14,987 bases of DNA from an uncultured archaeon. Lineage in GTDB: Archaea; Asgardarchaeota; Thorarchaeia; Thorarchaeales; Thorarchaeaceae. The notes under the pieces were generated by a model that saw nothing but the letters and a program-made list of their open reading frames with translations, searched no databases and had not been told where the DNA came from. Of the stretch, positions 8,352 to 14,987 are shown one piece after another. Positions within the stretch are counted from its first letter, which is position 1. Each line of letters begins with the position of its first letter. Where the stretch lies: contig CAYYQL010000052.1 in the NCBI GenBank assembly GCA_964473825.1, positions 1 to 14,987 of the forward strand, written 5' to 3'. The position numbers were made by a program, and so were the translations under genes.

Positions 8352-9923
8352 CTATTTGGTTTGGCCAGAAACTCGATCTAACCCCTCGGAAACCCGTTCC
8401 TCTAGTTCTCTTGCATCTCCACAGAGTTCTTCGAATTCTTCTTGGAGCGATTCTAGCGCAGATCCAAAATCGATCTCATCTCTCTCAATCTCCCGTGTGC
8501 CAACATACCTTCCTGGATTAAGACTCCAATTCTCTTTCCTTATTCTGGAAGTTTCAACTACTTTGCACAGTCCGGGGATATCTCGATACGTCGCAGGCTC
8601 ACACGTCCCGAAGTACCTCTTGAACAGTTTCTTACTTCCCGAGATTACGTCCGTCGTCTGTCCTCTGTAGAGGCGGACTATATTGGATATAAATTCGATC
8701 TGTTCTTGACTCAAATCACGGTGAGCTCGGTCTATTTGTCTGTAGATTTCTCGGGCATCAATGAAGAGGACCTTGCCTTCTCTATCTGAACCCCTTTTGG
8801 CTTTGTCCAAAAACCACAGCATGCATGGTAATGACACCGTATAGAAGAAGTTGGGGCTGACCGAGATCATTATGTCCACAACATCCCTTTCCATCATTTT
8901 TTCACGAATGTCCTTTTCAGAATCCCTTGCATCACACGCAGAATTTGCCATCACAAATCCTGCCCGGCCCACATCAGAAAGTGCCTCATAGAACACTTGA
9001 ATCCAGAGGTAATTCGCATTGTCAACACTCGGTATTCCAAGCTTGAAACGAGGATCGTCTTTGATTCGTTCCTTATCCACGCGGTCAACGTTGAAGGGCG
9101 GGTTTGCCATAACAAAACCGAATCTCCCGACGCTACTGTGGATGTCATCGTAGTACGTATTCCCTTCCCGGATATCACCAGCGAGTCCATGTACAGCTAG
9201 GTTCATCTTGCATATACGAACTGTCTGCGAAACGCGTTCCTGTCCATAGATGCTGATTTCCTCGCTTGGATTCTTCCTATGCCTCTCTACGAATTTGGCA
9301 CTCTGCACAAACATGCCCCCTGATCCGCATGCCGGATCATAGATACGGCCATGATATGGTTCTAGGATTTCAACAATGAGTTTGACGATTGATGTAGGAG
9401 TGAAGAACTCTCCACCCTTCTGTCCCTCTGCCGCAGCAAACTTCCCGAGGAAGTACTCGTACACCTTTCCGAAGACATCGCCCTCAACATCCATGGGAAT
9501 GGAGTTGAAGATGCGCAGCAACGAATAGAGCACCCTGCCGTCAAACTTGTGGTAGGTCGCAGGAAGCACACCTCGCAGGTCCTCGTTCTCCTCCTCGATC
9601 ATTTCCATGGCATCGTTGATGGCCTTCCCGATGTCTGCGCTCTCGGGCAGCTTCAGCAGATATGAGTATCGCGACTCATCCGGGAGATACATGACCCCCT
9701 TTGCCTGATAGTCGATCTTGCCGATTTCACGTCTTCTGCGAGAACTCCCCTTCTTCTTCTCAAGTTCCTTCTTCGCTTGTTCGAACTTGTAGTCCGCCCA
9801 CTTGAGGAAGACCAGCCCGAGGACCGGCACGGAGTACTCGTGGGACCTGAGTCTGGAGTTGGCCCGCAGCTCGTCGGCCGCTTCCCACAGTCGCTGTTCC
9901 AGTTCGGAGTTGTTGGATGCCAT
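8352..9923 (-). CDS. hsdM: Type I restriction-modification N6-adenine DNA methyltransferase subunit M
   Basis: 523 aa. HsdM N-terminus LW.AAD.LR, GEFFTP, SAM-binding DPACGSGG, catalytic NPPF, and C-terminal WSLNPGRYV plus coiled coil. GGGGAG SD upstream. Confidence 0.97.
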   Translation of the reverse strand: MASNNSELEQRLWEAADELRANSRLRSHEYSVPVLGLVFLKWADYKFEQAKKELEKKKGSSRRRREIGKIDYQAKGVMYLPDESRYSYLLKLPESADIGKAINDAMEMIEEENEDLRGVLPATYHKFDGRVLYSLLRIFNSIPMDVEGDVFGKVYEYFLGKFAAAEGQKGGEFFTPTSIVKLIVEILEPYHGRIYDPACGSGGMFVQSAKFVERHRKNPSEEISIYGQERVSQTVRICKMNLAVHGLAGDIREGNTYYDDIHSSVGRFGFVMANPPFNVDRVDKERIKDDPRFKLGIPSVDNANYLWIQVFYEALSDVGRAGFVMANSACDARDSEKDIREKMMERDVVDIMISVSPNFFYTVSLPCMLWFLDKAKRGSDREGKVLFIDAREIYRQIDRAHRDLSQEQIEFISNIVRLYRGQTTDVISGSKKLFKRYFGTCEPATYRDIPGLCKVVETSRIRKENWSLNPGRYVGTREIERDEIDFGSALESLQEEFEELCGDARELEERVSEGLDRVSGQTK

Positions 9924-9991
9924 TCGACGACTCCCCGTAGCTGGGAGAACACAGGTGGATTTGAGAGTTATGGTGATTCATCTTCGTGTAC

Positions 9992-10015
9992 TATCTGATA
10001 GATAGACATCAGATA
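9992..10015. promoter_or_regulatory. Inverted repeat TATCTGAT-N8-ATCAGATA upstream of hsdM (candidate operator)
   Basis: Perfect 8-bp arms at 9992-9999 and 10008-10015, about 70-90 bp upstream of the hsdM start. Function is inferred. Confidence 0.35.
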
Positions 10016-10081
10016 ATATCAGCGCCAGATTGTTTGCTGGGCGCCTAATAATGGCTCATCAGTTATCGACAATCAACAGAG

Positions 10082-10095
10082 CTACTTATAAGTAG
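10082..10095. promoter_or_regulatory. Perfect 14-bp palindrome CTACTTATAAGTAG with a TATA-like core
   Basis: Self-complementary and contains TTATAA on both strands. Lies between the divergent operons. Confidence 0.35.
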
Positions 10096-10429
10096 ACTTC
10101 ACGTATTAGTACGTAGTTAAGAACAGTATAGTCCTAGAGATAAGCGAAACTATTTCACCGAAGTGTTGAGAAGCGTGAGCACAATGTTCTCGTTTAGAGG
10201 AAGCGCAACTAGCCCGTCTTCATTCATGATCATGACCGGGGCGCTCTTCATCCTTGTGGAGTGGTCCAGTCAGATGTCCTGACTCGATATTTCCGCGATG
10301 ATTGGAATGAGCGCACTGGTCATGTCAGTCGGCGTTCGACTGAGCACGCTCTGGAATAGAAGTAGATACTCTTGGAATATGCCCTCTCACTAAGAGGTTG
10401 AAGAACGATGCAAGGATGCTTATCTTCGC

Positions 10430-10440
10430 CAAGCTTAAAT
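10430..10440 (+). promoter_or_regulatory. Possible TATA-like box for the three-gene operon
   Basis: CAAGCTTAAAT about 80 bp upstream of the ATG at 10521. Resemblance to an archaeal TATA box only. Confidence 0.25.
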
Positions 10441-10510
10441 GTTCGTTTGACTGATAACAACAAGGTCATGGGGCCAATAATTGAGGCGAGAATGACTCCT
10501 TCGTATGCTA

Positions 10511-10518
10511 GGAGGTGA
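10511..10518 (+). promoter_or_regulatory. Shine-Dalgarno GGAGGTGA
   Basis: Consensus archaeal-type SD just before ATG 10521. This makes 10521 a better start than GTG 10515, which lies inside the SD. Confidence 0.7.
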
Positions 10519-10520
10519 CA

Positions 10521-10808
10521 ATGATTTATACCAAATCATTGAACGAGGTCTTAGTTGAATCAGGTGATGATTTCAATGTGGGTCAAGGAATAGAGGCCAT
10601 TAGGGGCAAAACACTCACGAGGACACCAACATGGTTGAAAGCCGCTGTTCTTGTGAGAGTAAGAGAGAAGCATCAGCTACGGCTCTATGGATGGCAGAAG
10701 AACAAAGAGGGCAAGTGGAAGGTCAGACAGAAATTCAATATTTCCAAGGGCTATGCAGCAGATTTGTCCGAAATCATTGATCTATTCTCGGTTGAGGTGA
10801 TTGATTGA
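10521..10808 (+). CDS. Small basic protein (95 aa), possible PC4/YdbC-like ssDNA-binding fold; gene 1 of a 3-gene operon
   Basis: Strong SD. Pattern of short beta-strands with aromatic and basic residues (WLKAAVLVRV...LRLYGWQK..EGKWKVRQKFNI) followed by a C-terminal helix. The stop overlaps the next start (TTGA). The fold call is inference. Confidence 0.75.
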   Translation: MIYTKSLNEVLVESGDDFNVGQGIEAIRGKTLTRTPTWLKAAVLVRVREKHQLRLYGWQKNKEGKWKVRQKFNISKGYAADLSEIIDLFSVEVID

Positions 10809-11986
10809 CGGAGTCGGATGGTGATGACGATACGATTGTCTTGCCTAGCACAGAGTATTGGCATCGGATGAGAATGAATCCCGAAACGGTTATGGATAAC
10901 GTGAATCTGCACAACGTGGAGGACTTGCTGGGTAGATTTGGCCTTTCAGATCTTGATGAGTTCTTCAGTAGCACAACTGGGAAAACGCGTTCTGCATCAA
11001 AGGTGCAATTCATTCGACAATTGACCAGACGCTTTCCAGTATTGACAAATACGCTGATCATGGTCGCACAGTATGCAATCTGGGTTGCCAAGAACGCACT
11101 CATAGAATGCTGCACCGAGTGCGATATCGATACTGATGGTCTGACACGACAACAACTATCCCTACGTCTATACAACAAGGCTCCTGAAAAACTCCGAAGA
11201 GCTCGCATCTCCAGTATAGGTCACCGGCTCCAGACGACTCACGCTTTTGCTCTAGCTCGAGATGGAGTTGAAACTGGCATTCCAGATGATGATATGCTTG
11301 AAACAATCTCTCAAGGTGTAGAAGACGAGCTTTCAACCTCAGAGCAACGAGCTGAGATGATTGAACGCTATTACGATGAATCCAAGGAAACTTACCGAAT
11401 GTTCGTCAAGTACGAAGATCGCGAACGTAAGATCGAGGAGTGGGATGGTGGACACTACTACAAGCCTGTTGATTGGGTCATCGTCGACTACCACCCACTG
11501 GATGGATATGCATCTCTCAGATGTCGCGATGAAGAACGAGCTAAGACCATGGCTTGTTTGCTATCTCGGGGACTTACTGGCAGAGATGATTCTTACACTC
11601 AGATAGAGCTTCAAGAGTGGAACAACGATTCGCTGTTGGAAAGCAAGCCCGAAATCGATTCAGAGGACTTTACTGTAAACGAGTGGGACATTAGAATGCT
11701 CCGTATCAAGGATTCCGCCCTTCCGAATCGCCCGGATATCTCTCTTAGAGGTCTGCATCTGGACGAAACAATAGAGAAACTGAAAGAGGACCACGGCCTT
11801 AAACTGACTCACGGAGCAGAGATAGTTTCGTATGAAATCCGGGTTGATTTTGAATTCAAGGGTGTATCTGACGAAACAATCATCCGATACAGTAAGAACA
11901 CGGGCAATCTGGGCTTTGCAAAGGAAACGCATGAACAGGTGAAGAAGATGATTCTGCAATCCTTGCCATCGATTCTAGGAGTCTGA
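10805..11986 (+). CDS. Hypothetical protein (393 aa); gene 2 of a 3-gene operon
   Basis: Long ORF with a TTG start, GAGGTGA SD at 10794-10800 and a 4-nt overlap with the upstream gene. No catalytic motif recognised. Confidence 0.85.
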   Translation: MTESDGDDDTIVLPSTEYWHRMRMNPETVMDNVNLHNVEDLLGRFGLSDLDEFFSSTTGKTRSASKVQFIRQLTRRFPVLTNTLIMVAQYAIWVAKNALIECCTECDIDTDGLTRQQLSLRLYNKAPEKLRRARISSIGHRLQTTHAFALARDGVETGIPDDDMLETISQGVEDELSTSEQRAEMIERYYDESKETYRMFVKYEDRERKIEEWDGGHYYKPVDWVIVDYHPLDGYASLRCRDEERAKTMACLLSRGLTGRDDSYTQIELQEWNNDSLLESKPEIDSEDFTVNEWDIRMLRIKDSALPNRPDISLRGLHLDETIEKLKEDHGLKLTHGAEIVSYEIRVDFEFKGVSDETIIRYSKNTGNLGFAKETHEQVKKMILQSLPSILGV

Positions 11987-11991
11987 TTCTT

Positions 11992-13398
11992 GTGCTAGGC
12001 AAAGAGGAACTTGAGCTGATAGATTCTATTATGTCGATGGGCAATCAAGTCCTGTATCGAGAACTACCGACCAAATTCCAGTCCAGCATTCTACTGCAAC
12101 CACTAATCGAGAAAGGGATTCTTGGAGCGCGTCTTCGACCAAAGGTCAAGTGTCCTAGATGCTCTGCAGATATGAATCTCAGATTGAATATATCCTACAT
12201 TTGTGAGGGGTGTGGAAATCAAATTGACATTGATGAAAATCTGTCCAGAGATGTGAATAGCCAATTCCACGTAGATTCTTCCCAACTTGCCCACGAACTG
12301 CGGAGACAGTTTGAGAACTTCGGATTCAATCTAGTAGGTGAAATACAGAGGACTCTGCAGGGAGTTGTTGATGTGGGAAGGTTGACCGACAGTTCGAGGG
12401 AGCTCACCTATAGGATTCTGGTAAACATGAACCCAATCGATAAGGATTCTCTCTACGCAATAATCGGCTCCTCCGTTCTCGAGGAAGCACACGTATTGCT
12501 TCTTCATGTTTCGCCTGCCAATGGTCTTGATGTTTCAACAGTCTTGGAGCTTGTATTCCCGTTGGTTCTGAATGTGCGATTGAGCTCTTTCTGCCACGAG
12601 GACACGAAAGAGAGAATCAGTAACTACATCCAAGTAAGTGAATCGCTCCATCGCGTAGCCATGCCCGTAAGTGATGCACTTGGAACAACGCAGGATTTCA
12701 CCCTTTCCTCAATGGAATTGGCTTTCTTTGATGATGCTGTCCAGCTCTCGCAGGTGGGTGGTGCGAGATTTGAGCCGGTTGTAGTACGCCTTCTGCAGAC
12801 ATTGGGTGTCACGTCACGATTGAGGCAGACCGGCTATGTTCCTGACGGCATGCTATATCTCCCCGGATTCTTCTATGAGATAGATGCGAAGTCGACGAGA
12901 ACACATTTCAAATTCAGGATTAGTGAACGCGACAAGTTTCGACGGTACATATCTCAGCTTAGGGAACACGCGAGTTGGTTTGGCGAATATCAGTTCGTGG
13001 GACTAATCATAGTCACTCCAGAGCTTCCTGACAAGGGAGCGAGCTCACTGAAGAAAGTCGTTACCGATTTCGAGGGAATGCAAGTTCAAGGAAAACTGGT
13101 CGTTATCGCCTTTGAGGGGCTCCTAGAGCTGTATAGACTTGCTTTCAACCATCCGGAATACTGGCACAGGCTCAATAGGAGGCAACACTCTTGCACTCTT
13201 CTTGACAATCCCAAGAGGCTTCTTGGCAACGAATATGAGATCGACAGTTATTCTGACAGAGGGATCTATCTTGACACTGCATCAATGGTATCTTTCTTCA
13301 ACCAAGTCATGGCTTCTCCTGCTCCCTCCTTGGATGGACGGGATAAGCGAACACTAGATGACTATGTACAGAGTGCGTGTGATCCGAGAAACCGATAG
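11992..13398 (+). CDS. Zn-ribbon + C-terminal PD-(D/E)xK (Mrr/REase-like) nuclease; gene 3 of a 3-gene operon
   Basis: 468 aa with a GTG start 5 nt after the gene 2 stop and an AGGAG SD. CPRC-x13-CEGC at 12151-12213. Nuclease signature GARFE..V..LL..LG ... PDG (12841) ... IDAKS (DAK at 12883-12891) ... KFRRYI ... GLIIVT. Confidence 0.85.
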   Translation: MLGKEELELIDSIMSMGNQVLYRELPTKFQSSILLQPLIEKGILGARLRPKVKCPRCSADMNLRLNISYICEGCGNQIDIDENLSRDVNSQFHVDSSQLAHELRRQFENFGFNLVGEIQRTLQGVVDVGRLTDSSRELTYRILVNMNPIDKDSLYAIIGSSVLEEAHVLLLHVSPANGLDVSTVLELVFPLVLNVRLSSFCHEDTKERISNYIQVSESLHRVAMPVSDALGTTQDFTLSSMELAFFDDAVQLSQVGGARFEPVVVRLLQTLGVTSRLRQTGYVPDGMLYLPGFFYEIDAKSTRTHFKFRISERDKFRRYISQLREHASWFGEYQFVGLIIVTPELPDKGASSLKKVVTDFEGMQVQGKLVVIAFEGLLELYRLAFNHPEYWHRLNRRQHSCTLLDNPKRLLGNEYEIDSYSDRGIYLDTASMVSFFNQVMASPAPSLDGRDKRTLDDYVQSACDPRNR

Positions 13399-13539
13399 AT
13401 GATTACTTCTTGGCATCGAAACGCCAATCCGAATACTCTCTGTAAAGGTTGAGTCCGTCAGAAGAAGTAAACAGAATCTATGAAGCCCCCCTAGGCTTTC
13501 TGCAGATTATTCGCTGGGTCCATAATAATGGGAGATGAA

Positions 13540-13569
13540 TGAAAGAGAAATGGGGGGCCATAAGGCCCC
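13540..13569 (-). terminator. Hairpin plus U-rich tract, probable terminator of the acyl-CoA dehydrogenase gene
   Basis: Stem-loop GGGGCC-ATAA-GGCCCC at 13554-13569, 15 nt after the stop. On the minus strand it is followed by CCATTTCTCTTTCA. Confidence 0.6.
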
Positions 13570-13584
13570 TGTCCTGAACAAAAC

Positions 13585-14823
13585 CTACATCTGTTTATCT
13601 TGGCGGTACGGGAGGTTCTCTGCTCCGAAAATTTCCCTCGCCTGGACGATTAATTGTATGTGACTACCGCCCTCAGCGCCCACCGTGTACGAGCGAACGC
13701 CCCTGTACGCTGCCTCGAGCGGGCACTCCTTGGTGTACCCGAAGGCCCCGTGCCAGGTCATGACGGTCTCGATCAGATCCAGTGCCTCATGTGGTGCCTT
13801 GTACTTGGCCGCTGCAGTCCATTGTGCGATGTCCAGCTTCGATATTGATGGATTCTTCTCCCGGTAGTGCTGGTCCATGAGCCAGGCCGCCTTGTAGGCC
13901 AGAAGCCTGTTCGCCTCCATGTCCATCCACCTGTGGACACCCTCGAACTGGATGCCCTCGAAGGCTGCAAGTGGTCGACCGAACTGCTTGCGCTGCTTCA
14001 CGTAGTCCACACCGATGTCGAAGCATCCTGCTGCTGAACCCAGACAGGTTGCGGCAATCAAGCACCGGGCAGCCGAGAATCCTTCCATGCTATGGTAGAA
14101 TCCGCGCCCGCGCTCACCGATGATGTAGTGCTTGGGAATCTCGACGTCCTCTATGTTGAAACCGCCGGTGGAAACGCCCATCCTGCCCATGTCCTCGAAC
14201 AGGGTCGTGGTTATGCCGGGATGCAATCCATCGCCCTTGTTGAGCGGAAGAACGAATGCAGTAAATGACTTGTGATCACCCTTGGGGTCTTCCTTGGCCA
14301 GTGTCCAGTAGACACCGCCGTACTTCTCGGACTCGTTCACACCGGAGATGTATACCTTTTCTCCGTTGACCACGAAGCCGTCGCCCTTGGGCTTGATGAT
14401 GGTCTTGGTGGAATTGACCACGTCTGACCCGCCGGTCGGCTCGGTTGTGGCTATACCGAAGAACAGGTCGCCCTTGGTCACCCGTGGCAGAATCTCGCTC
14501 TTCGCCTCGTGGGTGCCGTAGAGGTCGAAAATGAATCCCCAAGAGGCCTCGACCAGATACATGACTGGCAGCGCGATTGAGAGGTCTGCACGGGCAAGTT
14601 CCTCTGCGGCGATACAGGCCATGGTCATGGAGATGCCAGCGCCACCGTACTCCTCGGAGACCGTTGGAGCCCAGAGGTTCATCTCGGCCATCTTCTTGAT
14701 GAGATCTCGTGGAATCTCATGATTCTTATCATAATCTCGCCAGGCGGGTGCGACGTATCTCTCAGCGAACTCGCGCACGGCCTCGCGGAACATCTTCTCT
14801 TCATCTGATTCTTCAAAGTGCAT
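13585..14823 (-). CDS. Acyl-CoA dehydrogenase family protein
   Basis: 412 aa with motifs FREAVREFA, EEYGGAG, TTEPTGGSD, VNGEKVYIS, IGERGRGF, YVKQRKQFGRPL, HGAFGYTKE and GAEGGSHIQ (catalytic Glu position). GAGGT SD. Substrate unknown. Confidence 0.96.
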   Translation of the reverse strand: MHFEESDEEKMFREAVREFAERYVAPAWRDYDKNHEIPRDLIKKMAEMNLWAPTVSEEYGGAGISMTMACIAAEELARADLSIALPVMYLVEASWGFIFDLYGTHEAKSEILPRVTKGDLFFGIATTEPTGGSDVVNSTKTIIKPKGDGFVVNGEKVYISGVNESEKYGGVYWTLAKEDPKGDHKSFTAFVLPLNKGDGLHPGITTTLFEDMGRMGVSTGGFNIEDVEIPKHYIIGERGRGFYHSMEGFSAARCLIAATCLGSAAGCFDIGVDYVKQRKQFGRPLAAFEGIQFEGVHRWMDMEANRLLAYKAAWLMDQHYREKNPSISKLDIAQWTAAAKYKAPHEALDLIETVMTWHGAFGYTKECPLEAAYRGVRSYTVGAEGGSHIQLIVQAREIFGAENLPYRQDKQM

Positions 14824-14882
14824 GACAAACTACCTCTCGAGTGTAGTCCTAGGTCGGATGGTTCGGTCTGGATGGTGGTTTG

Positions 14883-14896
14883 CTTATAGTTTCTTC
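14883..14896 (-). promoter_or_regulatory. Putative BRE + TATA promoter of the acyl-CoA dehydrogenase gene
   Basis: The minus strand reads GAAGAAA-CTATAAG, a purine-rich BRE-like stretch followed by a TATA-like box, about 60 bp upstream of the ATG. Confidence 0.4.
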
Positions 14897-14987
14897 GTAA
14901 GGACCGCTCTTGTGGAGATGGCTTCTCGAAACCAAGGACCCGCCTTCAGATTCCTTCGATTTCATAATCTCCTGGTGCATGTAGGGA

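Noticed and set aside
10150-10386. Minus-strand frame with one internal stop (EGIFQEYLLLFQSVLS...QDI*LDHSTRMKSAPVMIMNEDGLVALPLNENIVLTLLN), a possible pseudogene
   Set aside because: No clear start or SD and no recognisable similarity. It cannot be distinguished from chance without a tblastn/blastx search.
10515-10520. GTG start proposed by the ORF track for the small gene
   Set aside because: The GTG lies inside the SD GGAGGTGA; ATG 10521 is the better start.
14852-14877. Short imperfect direct repeat (GGTC(T)GGATGGT) upstream of the dehydrogenase gene
   Set aside because: Only two imperfect copies, too weak to call an operator.
1-14987. CRISPR array, tRNA/rRNA, or an invertible hsdS locus with silent TRD copies
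   Set aside because: By eye I found no regularly spaced repeats, cloverleaf, long inverted repeats around the TRDs, second hsdS or recombinase gene.

Overview
Probably an archaeal window: GGAGGTGA/GAGGTG-type Shine-Dalgarno motifs, TATA-like boxes and an archaeal-type acyl-CoA dehydrogenase point that way, but lineage is inferred, not proven. About 13.4 kb looks like a defence island. From left to right it holds: the 3' end of an IS5-family (IS903-like) insertion sequence with its right terminal inverted repeat; a 358-aa hypothetical protein (DUF6236-like); a DUF4268/PD-(D/E)xK-like protein; and a minus-strand Type I R-M operon hsdM-hsdS-hsdR with a translationally coupled 181-aa putative nuclease. 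Divergent from that operon is a tightly coupled three-gene operon (about 95 aa putative PC4-like ssDNA-binding protein, 393-aa unknown protein, 468-aa Zn-ribbon + PD-(D/E)xK nuclease). It is the best candidate for an uncharacterised anti-MGE system, although known three-gene systems such as Azaca must be excluded first. The island ends at a hairpin terminator of a convergent housekeeping acyl-CoA dehydrogenase gene. Other notable signals are PIP-box-like C-terminal motifs on HsdS and on the 468-aa nuclease, a sharp GC mosaic within hsdM/hsdS, and clustered palindromes in the divergent intergenic region. All domain calls come from motifs read by eye; no database search was run.
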